The notes: a model not told the origin generated them from the sequence alone. A DNA stretch of 58,988 bases from an uncultured Pelagibacteraceae bacterium (GCA_902515175.1 CABXTP010000001.1:1-58988); one strand, 5' to 3'; shown: positions 19,583 through 30,602, numbered from the stretch's first letter. Program-made: numbers and translations.

Positions 19583-20303
19583 AACTATTCTCCTTCAACC
19601 ACTTGTTAGTTTCCTTCAAGCCGCCGAATGTATAAATGTGGAAGTTATCAGTATGCGATTTAACTTTCCCAATTAAATCATTAGGGTCTTTAGGTTTCAA
19701 TAAATCTAATGCCTTAGCAAAATTAGACTTAAGAAAGTTTAAGGAATTTTTTGCTCCTACTATATTAGCAAATTTAATTAAGCTAGATATTTTTAGTGGC
19801 CCAGTAATTCCCACATGAACTGGTATGCTTTGCTTAGAAATAAAATCTATAATAGGCTGAGGATCAAGTAACCATTGTGTTACAATATAATCAGCATAAG
19901 GCTTTTTATCTATCATAGCTTTTTCTAAATCTGAGTCGGATATATCAGGACTCCCCTCTGGGTGTCCAGCAATTCCTATCTTCATTTTTTCAAAATAACC
20001 TGTTTCTAAAAGTTGAAATGAACTATCAAATTTTCCTAAAGGCTCTCTACCACCTCCTATTATCAAAGCTTGTTTGACCCCTCCATCTTTACACATATTA
20101 ACGTAGTCTTTTAGCTCTTTTTCATTATGCATTGATCTAGCGGGAAAATGAGGGACAGGGTTAAAGCCCTTTTTTACTAACTCAACTGCTTGTTGAGCCG
20201 TTTCTTTATAATCCCCACCAGGAAGCATAGTGATGTAAACATCATTCACTGAAGGAACTGTGTTTAAGTCTGTATTAGGACTAATTTCTAGTGAAAAATT
20301 CAT
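19575..20303 (-). CDS. metF: Methylenetetrahydrofolate reductase-like protein (short MetF)
   Basis: SLEISP, PVPHFPAR, IAGHPEGSP, IVTQW, FHIYTFGG. Confidence 0.75.
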   Translation of the reverse strand: MNFSLEISPNTDLNTVPSVNDVYITMLPGGDYKETAQQAVELVKKGFNPVPHFPARSMHNEKELKDYVNMCKDGGVKQALIIGGGREPLGKFDSSFQLLETGYFEKMKIGIAGHPEGSPDISDSDLEKAMIDKKPYADYIVTQWLLDPQPIIDFISKQSIPVHVGITGPLKISSLIKFANIVGAKNSLNFLKSNFAKALDLLKPKDPNDLIGKVKSHTDNFHIYTFGGLKETNKWLKENSYV

Positions 20304-20370
20304 TTTTTCAGATCATTATCTTTTTTAAAAAAGCTGTCAAAGAAATTCAGCAGCTATCTCTGATCGAAAT

Positions 20371-21600
20371 TTGTTGCCAAAAATGATGCTCATGATAATT
20401 TTTTTTGTGGACCAAAAATACAAAAGTAAAATCCTTTCAAAAATATTGGATATCAAAAAAATTGAAGCCGTGAATAGGCCAATTGAGGCTGCAAATGGTC
20501 TTCCAAATGAGTGCTATGTTAGCGAGGACTATTTATCTTATGAGAAAGAGAGAATTTTTTGTGACAAATGGTCCGTAGTTGGGGTGGGCAGCTCAATACC
20601 AAATGTAGGAGATATTAAGCCATACAATCTACTGGGGATTCCTCTAATATTAGTAAGAGGTAAAGATAAGAGGATTCGAGTTTTTCATAATGTATGCAGT
20701 CATAGAGGTTTTAAACTTATTGAAAAAAAATGTAATTTAAAAAATGTTATTAGATGCCCCTATCATTCATGGTCTTATGATTGGGAGGGTAATTTAGTGG
20801 CAACTCCCCACATTGGAGGTCTAAATAAACATCAATCAGAAAAATTTGATAAAAGCAAAAGTCATCTAAAAGAAGTTAAAACTAAGGTTTGGATGGATAT
20901 TATTTTTGTAAATATTAATTCTAATGAAATTGATTTTGGCGAGTATATCAAACCATTAGAAGAACGATGGTCTCAATTTATTAATAAAAAAGATCAAGAT
21001 TTAATAGTTCATTCAAATGATTATGGTTATTTTAATTTAGATGTGAATTGTAATTGGAAATTTGCTATTGAAAATTATTGTGAAAGTTACCATCTCCCAA
21101 CTATACATCCTGAGCTAAATAAAGTTTCTAATATTAACGACCATTACCATATTCAAGGATTACCAAATAGATTCGCTGGACAAGGAAGTAAAAAATATGA
21201 ACAACCAGTTAAAGGTAATAAAAAATTTAATGTTTTTCCAAACTGGGATAAAAATATGTTAAAAAACTCAGAATATATAGCTTTATTTCCTAATGTTATG
21301 ATTGGTTTACATATTGATCATTTTTATGTTTTCTGGTTAGAGCCACTTTCAATATGCAAAACCAAAGAACATATGCAAATGTACTATATCGGAAACGATA
21401 GTGCGAATGGAGAAGAGTTAAAAGACTTAAGAAAAGAAAATGCAAGGTTTTGGAAAGATGTTATGATAGAAGATATTAATGCAATTGAAGGAATGCAAGA
21501 CGGAAGATATTCCCCAGTTTATAATGGAGGAAACTTTTCTCCTGTAATGGATCAGCCAACCCATCAGTTTCATAAGTGGGTTGCTAATAGTTTGATATAA
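20371..21600 (+). CDS. Rieske non-heme iron oxygenase alpha subunit (choline/betaine monooxygenase-like); start may be GTG 20407
   Basis: NVCSHRG and CPYHSW Rieske ligands; NWK..IENYCESYHL..IH and ED mononuclear Fe ligands. Confidence 0.9.
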   Translation: MLPKMMLMIIFFVDQKYKSKILSKILDIKKIEAVNRPIEAANGLPNECYVSEDYLSYEKERIFCDKWSVVGVGSSIPNVGDIKPYNLLGIPLILVRGKDKRIRVFHNVCSHRGFKLIEKKCNLKNVIRCPYHSWSYDWEGNLVATPHIGGLNKHQSEKFDKSKSHLKEVKTKVWMDIIFVNINSNEIDFGEYIKPLEERWSQFINKKDQDLIVHSNDYGYFNLDVNCNWKFAIENYCESYHLPTIHPELNKVSNINDHYHIQGLPNRFAGQGSKKYEQPVKGNKKFNVFPNWDKNMLKNSEYIALFPNVMIGLHIDHFYVFWLEPLSICKTKEHMQMYYIGNDSANGEELKDLRKENARFWKDVMIEDINAIEGMQDGRYSPVYNGGNFSPVMDQPTHQFHKWVANSLI

Positions 21601-21601
21601 T

Positions 21602-22009
21602 ATGAAAATAATTCTTATAATGGGCCTCCCTGGTTCAGGCAAAACTACTTTGGCTTCAGAGCTAGTTCCTCTGTTAAAAGCAAAATGGCTAAATGCAGAC
21701 GAGGTAAGAAAGGAGGCAAATGATTGGGATTTTTCTGCTGAAGGAAGGACCAGACAAGCAAAGAGAATGTGGTCAAAAGCTCAGGAGTATAAAAATCAAG
21801 GCAATCATGTTGTTGCGGACTTTGTTTGTCCAACTCCCGCTGCAAGAGCTCTTTTTCCAGCAGATTTTATTATTTGGGTTGATACTATAAAAGAAGGTAG
21901 ATTTGATGATACTAATAAAATGTTCGTAAAACCTGAGAAGTATAACTTTCATGTTACAACACAAGATGCTAAAAATTGGGCGCCGAAAATATTAAAGGAG
22001 ATAAAATAA
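21602..22009 (+). CDS. Adenylylsulfate-kinase-like P-loop kinase (short)
   Basis: GLPGSGKTT, LNADEVR, DWDFS.EGR.RQA, ADFVCP. Confidence 0.75.
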   Translation: MKIILIMGLPGSGKTTLASELVPLLKAKWLNADEVRKEANDWDFSAEGRTRQAKRMWSKAQEYKNQGNHVVADFVCPTPAARALFPADFIIWVDTIKEGRFDDTNKMFVKPEKYNFHVTTQDAKNWAPKILKEIK

Positions 22010-22383
22010 TGGCTTATCAATGGGATAATAAAAAACCAACAGCACAAATGTTAGGAAGATGGCAACCATTTCATGATGGTCACTATACCTTATTTAAAGA
22101 AATAATTAAAAAAACCGGTCAAGTATGCATTCAAATAAGAGATGTTCAAGGTGTTGACGATAATCCATTTGATTTTGAAACGGTTAAAAAAAATATTGAA
22201 GATAGATTAAATCCAGAATTCGAGGGTCAATTTAAAATTATGATGGTGCCTAATATTACAAATATTTGTTATGGCAGAGGAGTGGGTTATAAAATTGAGG
22301 AAATTGAATTGTCTAAAGAAATCCAGGAAATATCAGCTACAAAAATCAGAGCAAAGATGAGAGAAGAAGGTAAACTTAAATAA
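22009..22383 (+). CDS. HxGH-family nucleotidyltransferase (cytidylyltransferase/NMNAT-like)
   Basis: GRWQPFHDGH, DNPF, YGRGVGY, ISATKIR; TAATG coupling with the kinase and AAGGAG RBS. Confidence 0.8.
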   Translation: MAYQWDNKKPTAQMLGRWQPFHDGHYTLFKEIIKKTGQVCIQIRDVQGVDDNPFDFETVKKNIEDRLNPEFEGQFKIMMVPNITNICYGRGVGYKIEEIELSKEIQEISATKIRAKMREEGKLK

Positions 22384-22388
22384 TCTTG

Positions 22389-23162
22389 ATGAATATAAAA
22401 GTCATTAATCAAGAAAAAGAAATTTCTAGAGTAATTATAAATGATCCAAAAACATACAATTCTTTATCTACAAAAAATCTCAATGATTTAATAAAAGTTT
22501 TTAAAAAACTTGATAATAATAAAAATATAAAGGTTATTATTCTTGAGGGTGCTGGAAAGGGATTTAGCTCTGGTCACAATCTTAAAGAAGTAAAAGGACT
22601 AAAGAAAAGACAAAGATATCAAAAACTATTTAACCTTTGTTCAAAATTAATGTTGCAAATTGTTGAAGGAAGAAAACCAGTGATTGCCAAAGTACATGGA
22701 GCTGCTTTTGCAGCTGGATGTCAATTAGTTGCAAGTTGTGATTTAGCATATAGTACAAAAGATGCTTTATTTGCCACCCCTGGAGTAAATATAGGTTTAT
22801 TTTGTAGTACACCAATGGTGGCTGTTAGTAGAAAAATAACAAGAAAACCAATGATGAAAATGTTGCTAACAGGAGAGCCTATTAAAGCAAATTATGCAAA
22901 AGAAGTTGGATTAATTAATGATTGTTTTTCAAAATCAAAATTAAATAGTGAAGTTCTAAAAGTAGCTAAAAAAATTGCATCTAAATCAAATCTTACAATT
23001 AAGATTGGCAAACAGGCTTTTTACAAACAATTAGAGATGCCACTTAAAAAAGCTTATGCTTACACAAGTAAAATGATGACACTTAATATGATGGCAATGG
23101 ATGCCAAAGAGGGGATTTCAGCATTTTTAGAAAAAAGAAAACCAAAATGGAAAAATAAATGA
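22389..23162 (+). CDS. Enoyl-CoA hydratase/isomerase family protein
   Basis: FSSGHNL, AAGCQLVASCDLA, FATPGVNIGLFCSTP, EGISAFLEKR.P.W. Confidence 0.92.
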   Translation: MNIKVINQEKEISRVIINDPKTYNSLSTKNLNDLIKVFKKLDNNKNIKVIILEGAGKGFSSGHNLKEVKGLKKRQRYQKLFNLCSKLMLQIVEGRKPVIAKVHGAAFAAGCQLVASCDLAYSTKDALFATPGVNIGLFCSTPMVAVSRKITRKPMMKMLLTGEPIKANYAKEVGLINDCFSKSKLNSEVLKVAKKIASKSNLTIKIGKQAFYKQLEMPLKKAYAYTSKMMTLNMMAMDAKEGISAFLEKRKPKWKNK

Positions 23163-23347
23163 ACTTAAAAAATTTATTAATTATAATTTTTATAATAATA
23201 GGATTAATTGTTGTTTTAAATTTTAGAGATCACAACTTCAAAAGAGCAATTGATGCATGTGTAGCTGGAAGTCAAAAGCTTGATAAACCAATGACAATAG
23301 ATGAAGCTAAAAAGTTTTGTGAAAAAAAAATTATGAACAAAGATTAG
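23159..23347 (+). CDS. Small membrane-anchored hypothetical protein with two Cys
   Basis: ATGA overlap, N-terminal TM, AC.AG...FC. Confidence 0.6.
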   Translation: MNLKNLLIIIFIIIGLIVVLNFRDHNFKRAIDACVAGSQKLDKPMTIDEAKKFCEKKIMNKD

Positions 23348-23352
23348 ATTTA

Positions 23353-23757
23353 ATGTCCAAAACAAAAGAAATTTTAACTACATCTACTAATATTGCTTTA
23401 GTTGGAGCAAGTAAAGATTTAACCAAGACTTCATCTGTTGTGATGAAATATTTGCAAAAGTATGGCTATAAAGTTTTTCCTGTAAATCCTAATATGAAGG
23501 GAGAAAGAATTTTAGGAGAAACTGTATTTGGAAAAATTTCAGAAATAAAAGATAAAATTGATATTGTAGATGTGTTTAGACCTTCAAACGAAGCAATTGA
23601 AATTGCTAAAGAAACTGTCATTGTAGGTGCAAAGGTATTGTGGTTACAGTTAAAAATAAAAAATGATGATGCTAGAAAAATAGTTGAGGCTAACAATATA
23701 TTATACATTGAGGATAAATGTACAAAAATTGAAATTGAAAAATTTATTAATAAATGA
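23353..23757 (+). CDS. CoA-binding protein (YccU-like)
   Basis: IALVGAS, FPVNP, IDIVDVFRP, LWLQ, DKC. Confidence 0.9.
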   Translation: MSKTKEILTTSTNIALVGASKDLTKTSSVVMKYLQKYGYKVFPVNPNMKGERILGETVFGKISEIKDKIDIVDVFRPSNEAIEIAKETVIVGAKVLWLQLKIKNDDARKIVEANNILYIEDKCTKIEIEKFINK

Positions 23758-24323
23758 AAAAAATTTTTATTGTTTATGGTCATTATAATGAAAAATCCTT
23801 TAATGCAGCAATAAGAGACACTTTTAAAGATACTGTTGAGAAAAATGGACACAATGTTGATGTTGTTGATCTTTATAAAGAAAAATTTAATCCAGTTTTT
23901 TCTGGAGAAGACCCAGATGATACAGTTTTAGACCATAGAAAAAGAATTGAAGATTCGGATGCAATAGTTTTAATTGCCCCTATATGGAATTTTAGAATGC
24001 CAGCTATTGTTGAAGGATGGATAGATAAAGTTTTAGCTCCCCCATGGGCGTTTAAATTCAAAAAACTTTTCGGAAATTATGGTTATCCTCAAGGAAATCT
24101 CAAAGGAAAAAAGGCTGTTGTTTTTTGCACTTATGGTTCTCCACAATTTGCTGTGAGAACCTTTTTTTTGAATATGCCTACTAAGAGATTGAGGAGGGGG
24201 GTATTTAACATATGCGGCATAACGGATGTTATATATCGAAGATACTTTGCTGTACCATTCGTAAAGGAATATAAAAGAAAAAAATTTTTAGAAGATGTTA
24301 AAAAAACAGCAAATAATATTTAA
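23754..24323 (+). CDS. NAD(P)H-dependent oxidoreductase, flavodoxin-2 family
   Basis: YGH...SFN, DLY...FNP, P.WNF.MPA...GW.DKV. Confidence 0.88.
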   Translation: MKKIFIVYGHYNEKSFNAAIRDTFKDTVEKNGHNVDVVDLYKEKFNPVFSGEDPDDTVLDHRKRIEDSDAIVLIAPIWNFRMPAIVEGWIDKVLAPPWAFKFKKLFGNYGYPQGNLKGKKAVVFCTYGSPQFAVRTFFLNMPTKRLRRGVFNICGITDVIYRRYFAVPFVKEYKRKKFLEDVKKTANNI

Positions 24324-24768
24324 TATTTTAGTAATTTTTCTTTTTTCAATAACAAGTTCAAATGCAGAACTAATAAAGCCAAAAAGTGATATTAAGCCAG
24401 GTAAAGTTGTGAAAATTCAATTGTTAGGCCTTCAAAAAAATGATTTAAATTATAAAGATAGCGGAATAGAGCAAACATGGAATTTTGCACATCCTAGCAA
24501 TAAAAAAGTCACAGGCCCTCTGAATAATTTTAAGAGAATGTTGAAAGGTGACTCTTACAAGATGATGATTAATCACTTGAGCCATACTATTACTCAGCTA
24601 GGAACTGGAGAAAACTGGGCTCAATTTGAGGTGATAATACTCGATAAAGAAAAAATTTATCATAAATTTAACTGGCAAGTCGAAAAATATACTATAGAAG
24701 GCCCTTTAAAAGATTGTTGGTTAACAACCATGGTATCTAATCCCATACCGTTAGGTAGCTCAATTTGA
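24295..24768 (+). CDS. Exported hypothetical protein (DUF4864-like)
   Basis: Signal-peptide-like N-terminus; VV.IQL..LQ.ND, FAHP.N...TGP, CW.T. Confidence 0.65.
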   Translation: MLKKQQIIFNILVIFLFSITSSNAELIKPKSDIKPGKVVKIQLLGLQKNDLNYKDSGIEQTWNFAHPSNKKVTGPLNNFKRMLKGDSYKMMINHLSHTITQLGTGENWAQFEVIILDKEKIYHKFNWQVEKYTIEGPLKDCWLTTMVSNPIPLGSSI

Positions 24769-24823
24769 ATTCAAGGTTACAATTTTGTTTCGAAATGAAT
24801 AAAAATTTAGTAGGAATCTTTTA

Positions 24824-27256
24824 ATGAAATCTAAAACAAAAGTAGTAGTAGTTGGTGGTGGAGTTGTAGGTGTTAGTGCACTTTATCATTTAGCAAAAAA
24901 AGGTTGGTCAGATGTAGTTTTAGTTGAGAGAAAAGAGCTAACATCTGGTTCTACTTGGCATGCCGCAGGATTGCTTCCGTTATTTAATATGAGTTATTCA
25001 GTTGGTCAATTGCACAAATATGCGGTTGATCTTTATAAAAAATTGGAAGAAGAGACTGGAAAAAATGTTGGTTTTAGTGTGGTTTCAAATATTCGTCTTG
25101 CAAGCACAAATGACAGAATGGATGAGTATCATCAGTATGCCGGTGTTGCTAAAACAATTGGTGTAGATGTAAAATTTTTAACACCTCAACAAGTAAAAGA
25201 AATTTGGCCGCTTTGTCATACAGATGATTTAGTTGGAGCTATTCAACACCCAGAGGATGGCTACATTCAACCTGCTGATTTAACACAAGCTCTTGCTACA
25301 GGAGCAAGAAATAAAGGAGCTGAAATTTATCGGAATACAACTGTTTTAGGAATGAAACAAACTAAAGATGGTTGGATAGTAGAAACCGATAAAGGCTCTA
25401 TTGAATGCGAACATGTTATCTCATGCTCTGGTAATTTCGCAAGACAAACTGGGGAAATGGTAGGATTAGATATTCCAGTCATTCCAGTAGAACATCAATA
25501 TATAGTAACTGAACCACATCCAGAAATTCAAAAAAAAAAAAAAGAGGGACTTCCAGAAATGGGGGTTTTAAGAGATAGTGATAGCAGATGGTATATGAGA
25601 GAGGAAGCTGGTGGTTTAATTTTAGGTCCATATGAAGATGGTGCTCCTGCTTGTTATGTAGAGGGACCATCAAAAAATTCTGAATATGAATTATTTCAAG
25701 AAGATTTAGATAGACTTGCACCGCATATTGAGGGAGCTATTCATAGAGTTCCAGCTTTTGGTGAAGTAGGAGTTAAAAAAGTTTATAACGGTGCAATTTG
25801 TTATACTCCAGACGGCAATCCAATTGTAGGGCCAGCGTGGGGATTAAAAAATTTTTGGATAAATGAGGGACATAGTTTTGGTATAACTGCTGCAGGAGGA
25901 GCTGGTTGGCAATTAGCTGAATGGATTATTGATGGAGAACCAACTATTGATATGCTTGGAGTTGAACCTAGAAGATACGGAAATTATGCTACTAAATCGT
26001 ATTTGAAAGCGAAAAATGAGGAGGCATATAGCCATGTTTTTATAGTTCATTATCCTGATGAAGAGAGACCAGCAGCTAGACCTTTAAGAACAGCACCTTG
26101 TTATGAGAGAATGAAAAATTTAGGAGCAGTGTTTGGACAAAAATTTGGTTGGGAAAGACCAAATTTTTTTGCTACTGACGGCATGGAGCAAAAAGATGAT
26201 TGGTCATTTAGAAGATCTAAGTGGTTTGATGCTATTAAAAAAGAGTGTGAGAATGTAAAAAAAAATGTCGGTCTTTTAGACATGACAGCATTTGCAAAAT
26301 GTAGAATTAAAGGTTCAAAAGCAGAGGAATTTTTAGATTATTTGGTGGCAAATAAGCTTCCAAAAAAAATAGGAAGAATTAATTTATGTCATGCTCTAAA
26401 TACCAAAGGCGGAGTTCACTCTGAGTTTACAATTATGAAAGAAGCTGAGAACAGTTATTACTTAGTTTCAGCAGGTGCTAATTTACGATTAGATCATGAT
26501 TGGATACAAAAATGGATGCCTACAGATGGCTCTGTGATTTTTGAAGATTTGACTAACAGCACAGGAGTATTAGTAGTCGCTGGTCCAAAAGCCAGAGAAT
26601 TAATGCAAAAAGTATCAAAAGATGATTTTACTAATGAGAACTTTAAGTGGCTGACTGCTAAAAATGTTAATGTGGGATATGCACCAGTCAATGCTATGCG
26701 AGTTAATTTTGTTGGAGAACTTGGTTGGGAATTACATCATCCAATCGAGTATCAGAATCATATTTTTGATAAATTGATGGAAGCAGGCAAAGATTTAGGA
26801 ATAAAACCATTTGGAATAAGAGCAATGAACAGTTTAAGAGTTGAAAAATCTTATAAACTTGTTGGTACCGAGTTATCAATTGAATATTCACCTTACGAGT
26901 CTGGTTTGGATAGATTTATTCATCCTAATAAAGGAAACTTTATTGGTCTTGATGCATTAAATAAATGGAGAGAAAAAGGTTTTAGTAATAAATTAGTAAC
27001 ACTTGAAGTTCATAACACTACAGATTCTGATGTATTAGGAAATAATCCAATATACAAAAATGATCAAGTAGTTGGAAGAGCTACAGGCGGGGAATATGGA
27101 TTTAGACTTGATAAATCAATAGCTTTGGCAATGGTAAAACCTGACTTAGCTAACGTTGGAGAGAAGCTTAAAGTCGACATTTTAGGAAAAATGTATGAGG
27201 CTACAATTTTAGATGAAAGTCCATACGATAGTGAAAATAAATTATTGAGAGCTTAA
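24824..27256 (+). CDS. Dimethylglycine dehydrogenase-like FAD/THF oxidoreductase (GcvT family)
   Basis: [17 protein letters not shown] covalent-FAD His motif, [21 protein letters not shown]. Confidence 0.9.
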   Translation: MKSKTKVVVVGGGVVGVSALYHLAKKGWSDVVLVERKELTSGSTWHAAGLLPLFNMSYSVGQLHKYAVDLYKKLEEETGKNVGFSVVSNIRLASTNDRMDEYHQYAGVAKTIGVDVKFLTPQQVKEIWPLCHTDDLVGAIQHPEDGYIQPADLTQALATGARNKGAEIYRNTTVLGMKQTKDGWIVETDKGSIECEHVISCSGNFARQTGEMVGLDIPVIPVEHQYIVTEPHPEIQKKKKEGLPEMGVLRDSDSRWYMREEAGGLILGPYEDGAPACYVEGPSKNSEYELFQEDLDRLAPHIEGAIHRVPAFGEVGVKKVYNGAICYTPDGNPIVGPAWGLKNFWINEGHSFGITAAGGAGWQLAEWIIDGEPTIDMLGVEPRRYGNYATKSYLKAKNEEAYSHVFIVHYPDEERPAARPLRTAPCYERMKNLGAVFGQKFGWERPNFFATDGMEQKDDWSFRRSKWFDAIKKECENVKKNVGLLDMTAFAKCRIKGSKAEEFLDYLVANKLPKKIGRINLCHALNTKGGVHSEFTIMKEAENSYYLVSAGANLRLDHDWIQKWMPTDGSVIFEDLTNSTGVLVVAGPKARELMQKVSKDDFTNENFKWLTAKNVNVGYAPVNAMRVNFVGELGWELHHPIEYQNHIFDKLMEAGKDLGIKPFGIRAMNSLRVEKSYKLVGTELSIEYSPYESGLDRFIHPNKGNFIGLDALNKWREKGFSNKLVTLEVHNTTDSDVLGNNPIYKNDQVVGRATGGEYGFRLDKSIALAMVKPDLANVGEKLKVDILGKMYEATILDESPYDSENKLLRA

Positions 27257-28005
27257 TGAAAATCTTAGTCGCAGTAAAAAGAGTTATTGATTACAATGTC
27301 CAAATTAGAGTGAAAGAGGATGGTAGTGGGGTAGTAACCGATAATGTTAAGATGTCAACTAACCCGCCTGATGACAATGCTATCGAGGAAGCTGTAAAAC
27401 TTAAAGAGGCTGGAAAAGCTTCAGAAGTTATAGCAGTTTCTGTAGGAGATGAAAAAGCCCAAGAGACAGTTCGAAAAGCATTAGCCGTCGGCGCTGATCG
27501 AGGAATTCTTGTCAAAACAGAGGGCATGATAGAGCCTTTGGCTGTATCAAAAATCTTATTTAAAATAGTTGAAAAAGAAAAACCAGATTTAGTTTTTATG
27601 GGAAAACAAGCAATAGATGACGACTGCAATCAAACTGGGCAAATGTTGGCTGCTTTATTGCATTGGCCACAAGCTACTTTTGCATCCAAGATTGAAGTTA
27701 AAGATAAATCTTTAGAAGTTACTAGAGAAGTAGACGAAGGACTAGAAACTATAGAAGTTAATACGCCTGCAATTATTACTTGTGATTTAAGATTAAATGA
27801 ACCTAGATACGCTTCTTTACCAAACATAATGAAAGCAAAAAAGAAGCCAATCGAACAAATTAATGCTTCGGATTTAAGTGTTGATACAAAACCTCGAATC
27901 GAACAAATTAAAGTAGAGGAGCCACCAAAAAGAAAGGCGGGGATTAAAGTCGCAAGTGTAGAAGAATTAGTTCAAAAACTAAAAAATGAGGCTAAAGTAA
28001 TATAA
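27256..28005 (+). CDS. etfB: Electron transfer flavoprotein beta subunit
   Basis: [42 protein letters not shown]. Confidence 0.97.
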   Translation: MKILVAVKRVIDYNVQIRVKEDGSGVVTDNVKMSTNPPDDNAIEEAVKLKEAGKASEVIAVSVGDEKAQETVRKALAVGADRGILVKTEGMIEPLAVSKILFKIVEKEKPDLVFMGKQAIDDDCNQTGQMLAALLHWPQATFASKIEVKDKSLEVTREVDEGLETIEVNTPAIITCDLRLNEPRYASLPNIMKAKKKPIEQINASDLSVDTKPRIEQIKVEEPPKRKAGIKVASVEELVQKLKNEAKVI

Positions 28006-28958
28006 TGTCAGTTTTATTAATTTCAGAGCATAATAATAAAGAAGTTAAACCATTTACTTTTAATGCGATTTCTGCTGCATCGCAAATAAATGAGGATGTT
28101 CACGTGTTAGTATTGGGATCAAATTCAGAAAATGTTGTAAAATCTATTTCTGAAGTTCCAAATGTAAAAAAAGTAATCCATGTAGATAATTCCATGTATG
28201 AAAATTACTTAGCAGAAAACTACACATCAGCTATTACAAAAATTTCGGAAAATTATTCTCATATCATTTGTTCAGCTAACACATTTGGTAAAAACCTAAT
28301 GCCAAGAATTGCAGCTTTATTGGATGTCTCACAAGTAAGTGATATTACAAAAGTAATTTCTGAAGATACATTCTTGAGACCAATTTATGCAGGTAATGCA
28401 TTTGCTACTGTAAAAAGCAATGATAGAATTAAATGTGTTACTATTAGACCAACATCATTTGATCCAGCACCAACATCTGGAGGCTCAGCTGAAATAGAAA
28501 CTGGAAATCCTGGAGACGAGACTAGTTTATCAAAATTTATTAAAAAAGAGGAAATAAAGTCAGACAGACCAGAATTGGGAACTGCTAGAGTTGTAATTTC
28601 TGGTGGGAGAGGAATGCAAAGTGGTGAAAATTTTAAATTAATTACCGCTGTTGCTGACAAATTAAATGCAGCAATAGGCGCATCAAGAGCCGCAGTTGAT
28701 GCAGGATATATTACGAATGATCATCAAGTTGGTCAAACAGGAAAAGTGGTTGTACCAGATCTTTACATTGCAGTTGGTATTTCTGGTGCAATACAACACT
28801 TAGCTGGAATGAAAGAGAGCAAAGTTATAGTAGCTATAAATAAAGATGGTGAAGCTCCAATTTTTAGTGTTGCTGATTATGGTTTAGAAGCTGACCTTTT
28901 CGATGCATTGCCAAAGTTCTTAGAAGAACTTAATAAATTAAACACTATACAAAAATAG
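28005..28958 (+). CDS. etfA: Electron transfer flavoprotein alpha subunit
   Basis: RPIYAGNA, GASRAAVDAG, QVGQTGKVV.P.LYIAVGISGAIQH. Confidence 0.97.
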   Translation: MSVLLISEHNNKEVKPFTFNAISAASQINEDVHVLVLGSNSENVVKSISEVPNVKKVIHVDNSMYENYLAENYTSAITKISENYSHIICSANTFGKNLMPRIAALLDVSQVSDITKVISEDTFLRPIYAGNAFATVKSNDRIKCVTIRPTSFDPAPTSGGSAEIETGNPGDETSLSKFIKKEEIKSDRPELGTARVVISGGRGMQSGENFKLITAVADKLNAAIGASRAAVDAGYITNDHQVGQTGKVVVPDLYIAVGISGAIQHLAGMKESKVIVAINKDGEAPIFSVADYGLEADLFDALPKFLEELNKLNTIQK

Positions 28959-28982
28959 AAGAATCTGTAAGAAATTAGAATT

Positions 28983-30602
28983 ATGTCCAGAGAGACAATG
29001 GAATATGATGTTGTAATAGTCGGCGGTGGGCCATCTGGTTTATCCACAGCTATAAAATTGAAACAATTAAATTCAAATCTTAATGTTTGTGTTTTAGAGA
29101 AAGCTTCAGAAATTGGAGCGCATATTTTAAGTGGAAATGTTTTTGAAACAAGAGCACTAAATGAGCTAATTCCTAACTGGAAAGAATTAAATGCGCCTAT
29201 AAAAACTAAAGTCTCGAAGGAAAAATTTTTATTTCTAGGTAAAACAAGCTCATTAAGTTGGCCCACATGGTTACTTCCATCGGTACAAAAAAATCACAAT
29301 AACTTTATAATTAGCCTTGCAAATTTATGTAGATGGCTTGCAGAACAAGCAGAAGCTTTAGGTGTTGAAATTTTTCCAGGTTTCCCAGCTTGTGAGGTTT
29401 TATATAATGATGATGGTTCGGTTAAAGGTGTTGCTACCCAGGATATGGGTATTGATAAAGTGGGAAACAAAAAAGATAGTTATGAGCCTGGTATTGAACT
29501 TTTAGGAAAAGTCACTGTTTTTGCTGAAGGTTGTAGAGGACATTTAGGAAAACAATTAATTAAAAAATTTGAATTAGATAAAGGTAAGGATCCTCAACAA
29601 TATGGAATAGGATTTAAGGAAATATGGGAAATAAATGAGAAAACACATGAAGAAGGACTTGTGATGCATACAGCTGGCTGGCCTTTAGACAACAATACTT
29701 ACGGGGGTAGCTTTATGTATCATGCTGAAAATAGACAAGTTTTTTTAGGGTATGTAATTGGTTTAGATTATAAAAATCCTCACTTATCTCCTTATGATGA
29801 ATTTCAGAGATTCAAAACTCACCCAGCAATAAAAAAAATAATTGAAGGAGGAAAAAGAATTTCTTACGGAGCCAGGGCTTTAATTGAGGGGGGTATTCAA
29901 AGTCTACCTAAAATGTTTATGCCCGGCGCACTATTAGTTGGTTGTGATGCAGGAACATTAAATATGCCTAAAATTAAAGGATCACATACTGCAATTAAAA
30001 GTGGGATGATTGCAGCAGAAACTATAAATTATCACTTAGAAAGAGGTGACGATCTATCTATATATGAAAAGCTTTTTAAAGAAAGCTGGATCTATAAAGA
30101 ACTATATCAAGCTAGAAATGTTAAACCAAGTTTCAATTGGGGTCTTATTTTGGGAATTATATTCACTGGAATAGATCAAATAATATTTAGAGGAAAAATG
30201 CCGTTTACATTAAAACACAAACACGCAGATCATGAGACTTTAAGATCTGCAAAAGAAATGCCAAAAATTGAATATCCAAAACCAGATAATGTAATTACTT
30301 TTGATAAAACTAGCTCAGTCTATTTAACAGGAACTAATCATGTTGATAACCAACCAGTTCATTTACAATTAAAGGATCCAAATTTACCGATTTCATATAC
30401 ACTTGAAAAATTTGATGAACCTGCTCAGAGATATTGCCCAGCAGGTGTGTACGAGGTTCAAAGAGAAAACAATGTCGATAAGTTTGTAATTAACTCACAA
30501 AATTGTATTCATTGTAAAACTTGTGATATTAAGGAGCCTTCACAAAACATTATTTGGGTAACTCCTGAGGGTGGAGGTGGTCCAAAGTACGGAAATATGT
30601 AA
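28983..30602 (+). CDS. ETF-ubiquinone oxidoreductase
   Basis: GGGPSGL, GAHILSG, RYCPAGVYE, NCIHCKTCDIK 4Fe-4S motif. Confidence 0.97.
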   Translation: MSRETMEYDVVIVGGGPSGLSTAIKLKQLNSNLNVCVLEKASEIGAHILSGNVFETRALNELIPNWKELNAPIKTKVSKEKFLFLGKTSSLSWPTWLLPSVQKNHNNFIISLANLCRWLAEQAEALGVEIFPGFPACEVLYNDDGSVKGVATQDMGIDKVGNKKDSYEPGIELLGKVTVFAEGCRGHLGKQLIKKFELDKGKDPQQYGIGFKEIWEINEKTHEEGLVMHTAGWPLDNNTYGGSFMYHAENRQVFLGYVIGLDYKNPHLSPYDEFQRFKTHPAIKKIIEGGKRISYGARALIEGGIQSLPKMFMPGALLVGCDAGTLNMPKIKGSHTAIKSGMIAAETINYHLERGDDLSIYEKLFKESWIYKELYQARNVKPSFNWGLILGIIFTGIDQIIFRGKMPFTLKHKHADHETLRSAKEMPKIEYPKPDNVITFDKTSSVYLTGTNHVDNQPVHLQLKDPNLPISYTLEKFDEPAQRYCPAGVYEVQRENNVDKFVINSQNCIHCKTCDIKEPSQNIIWVTPEGGGGPKYGNM

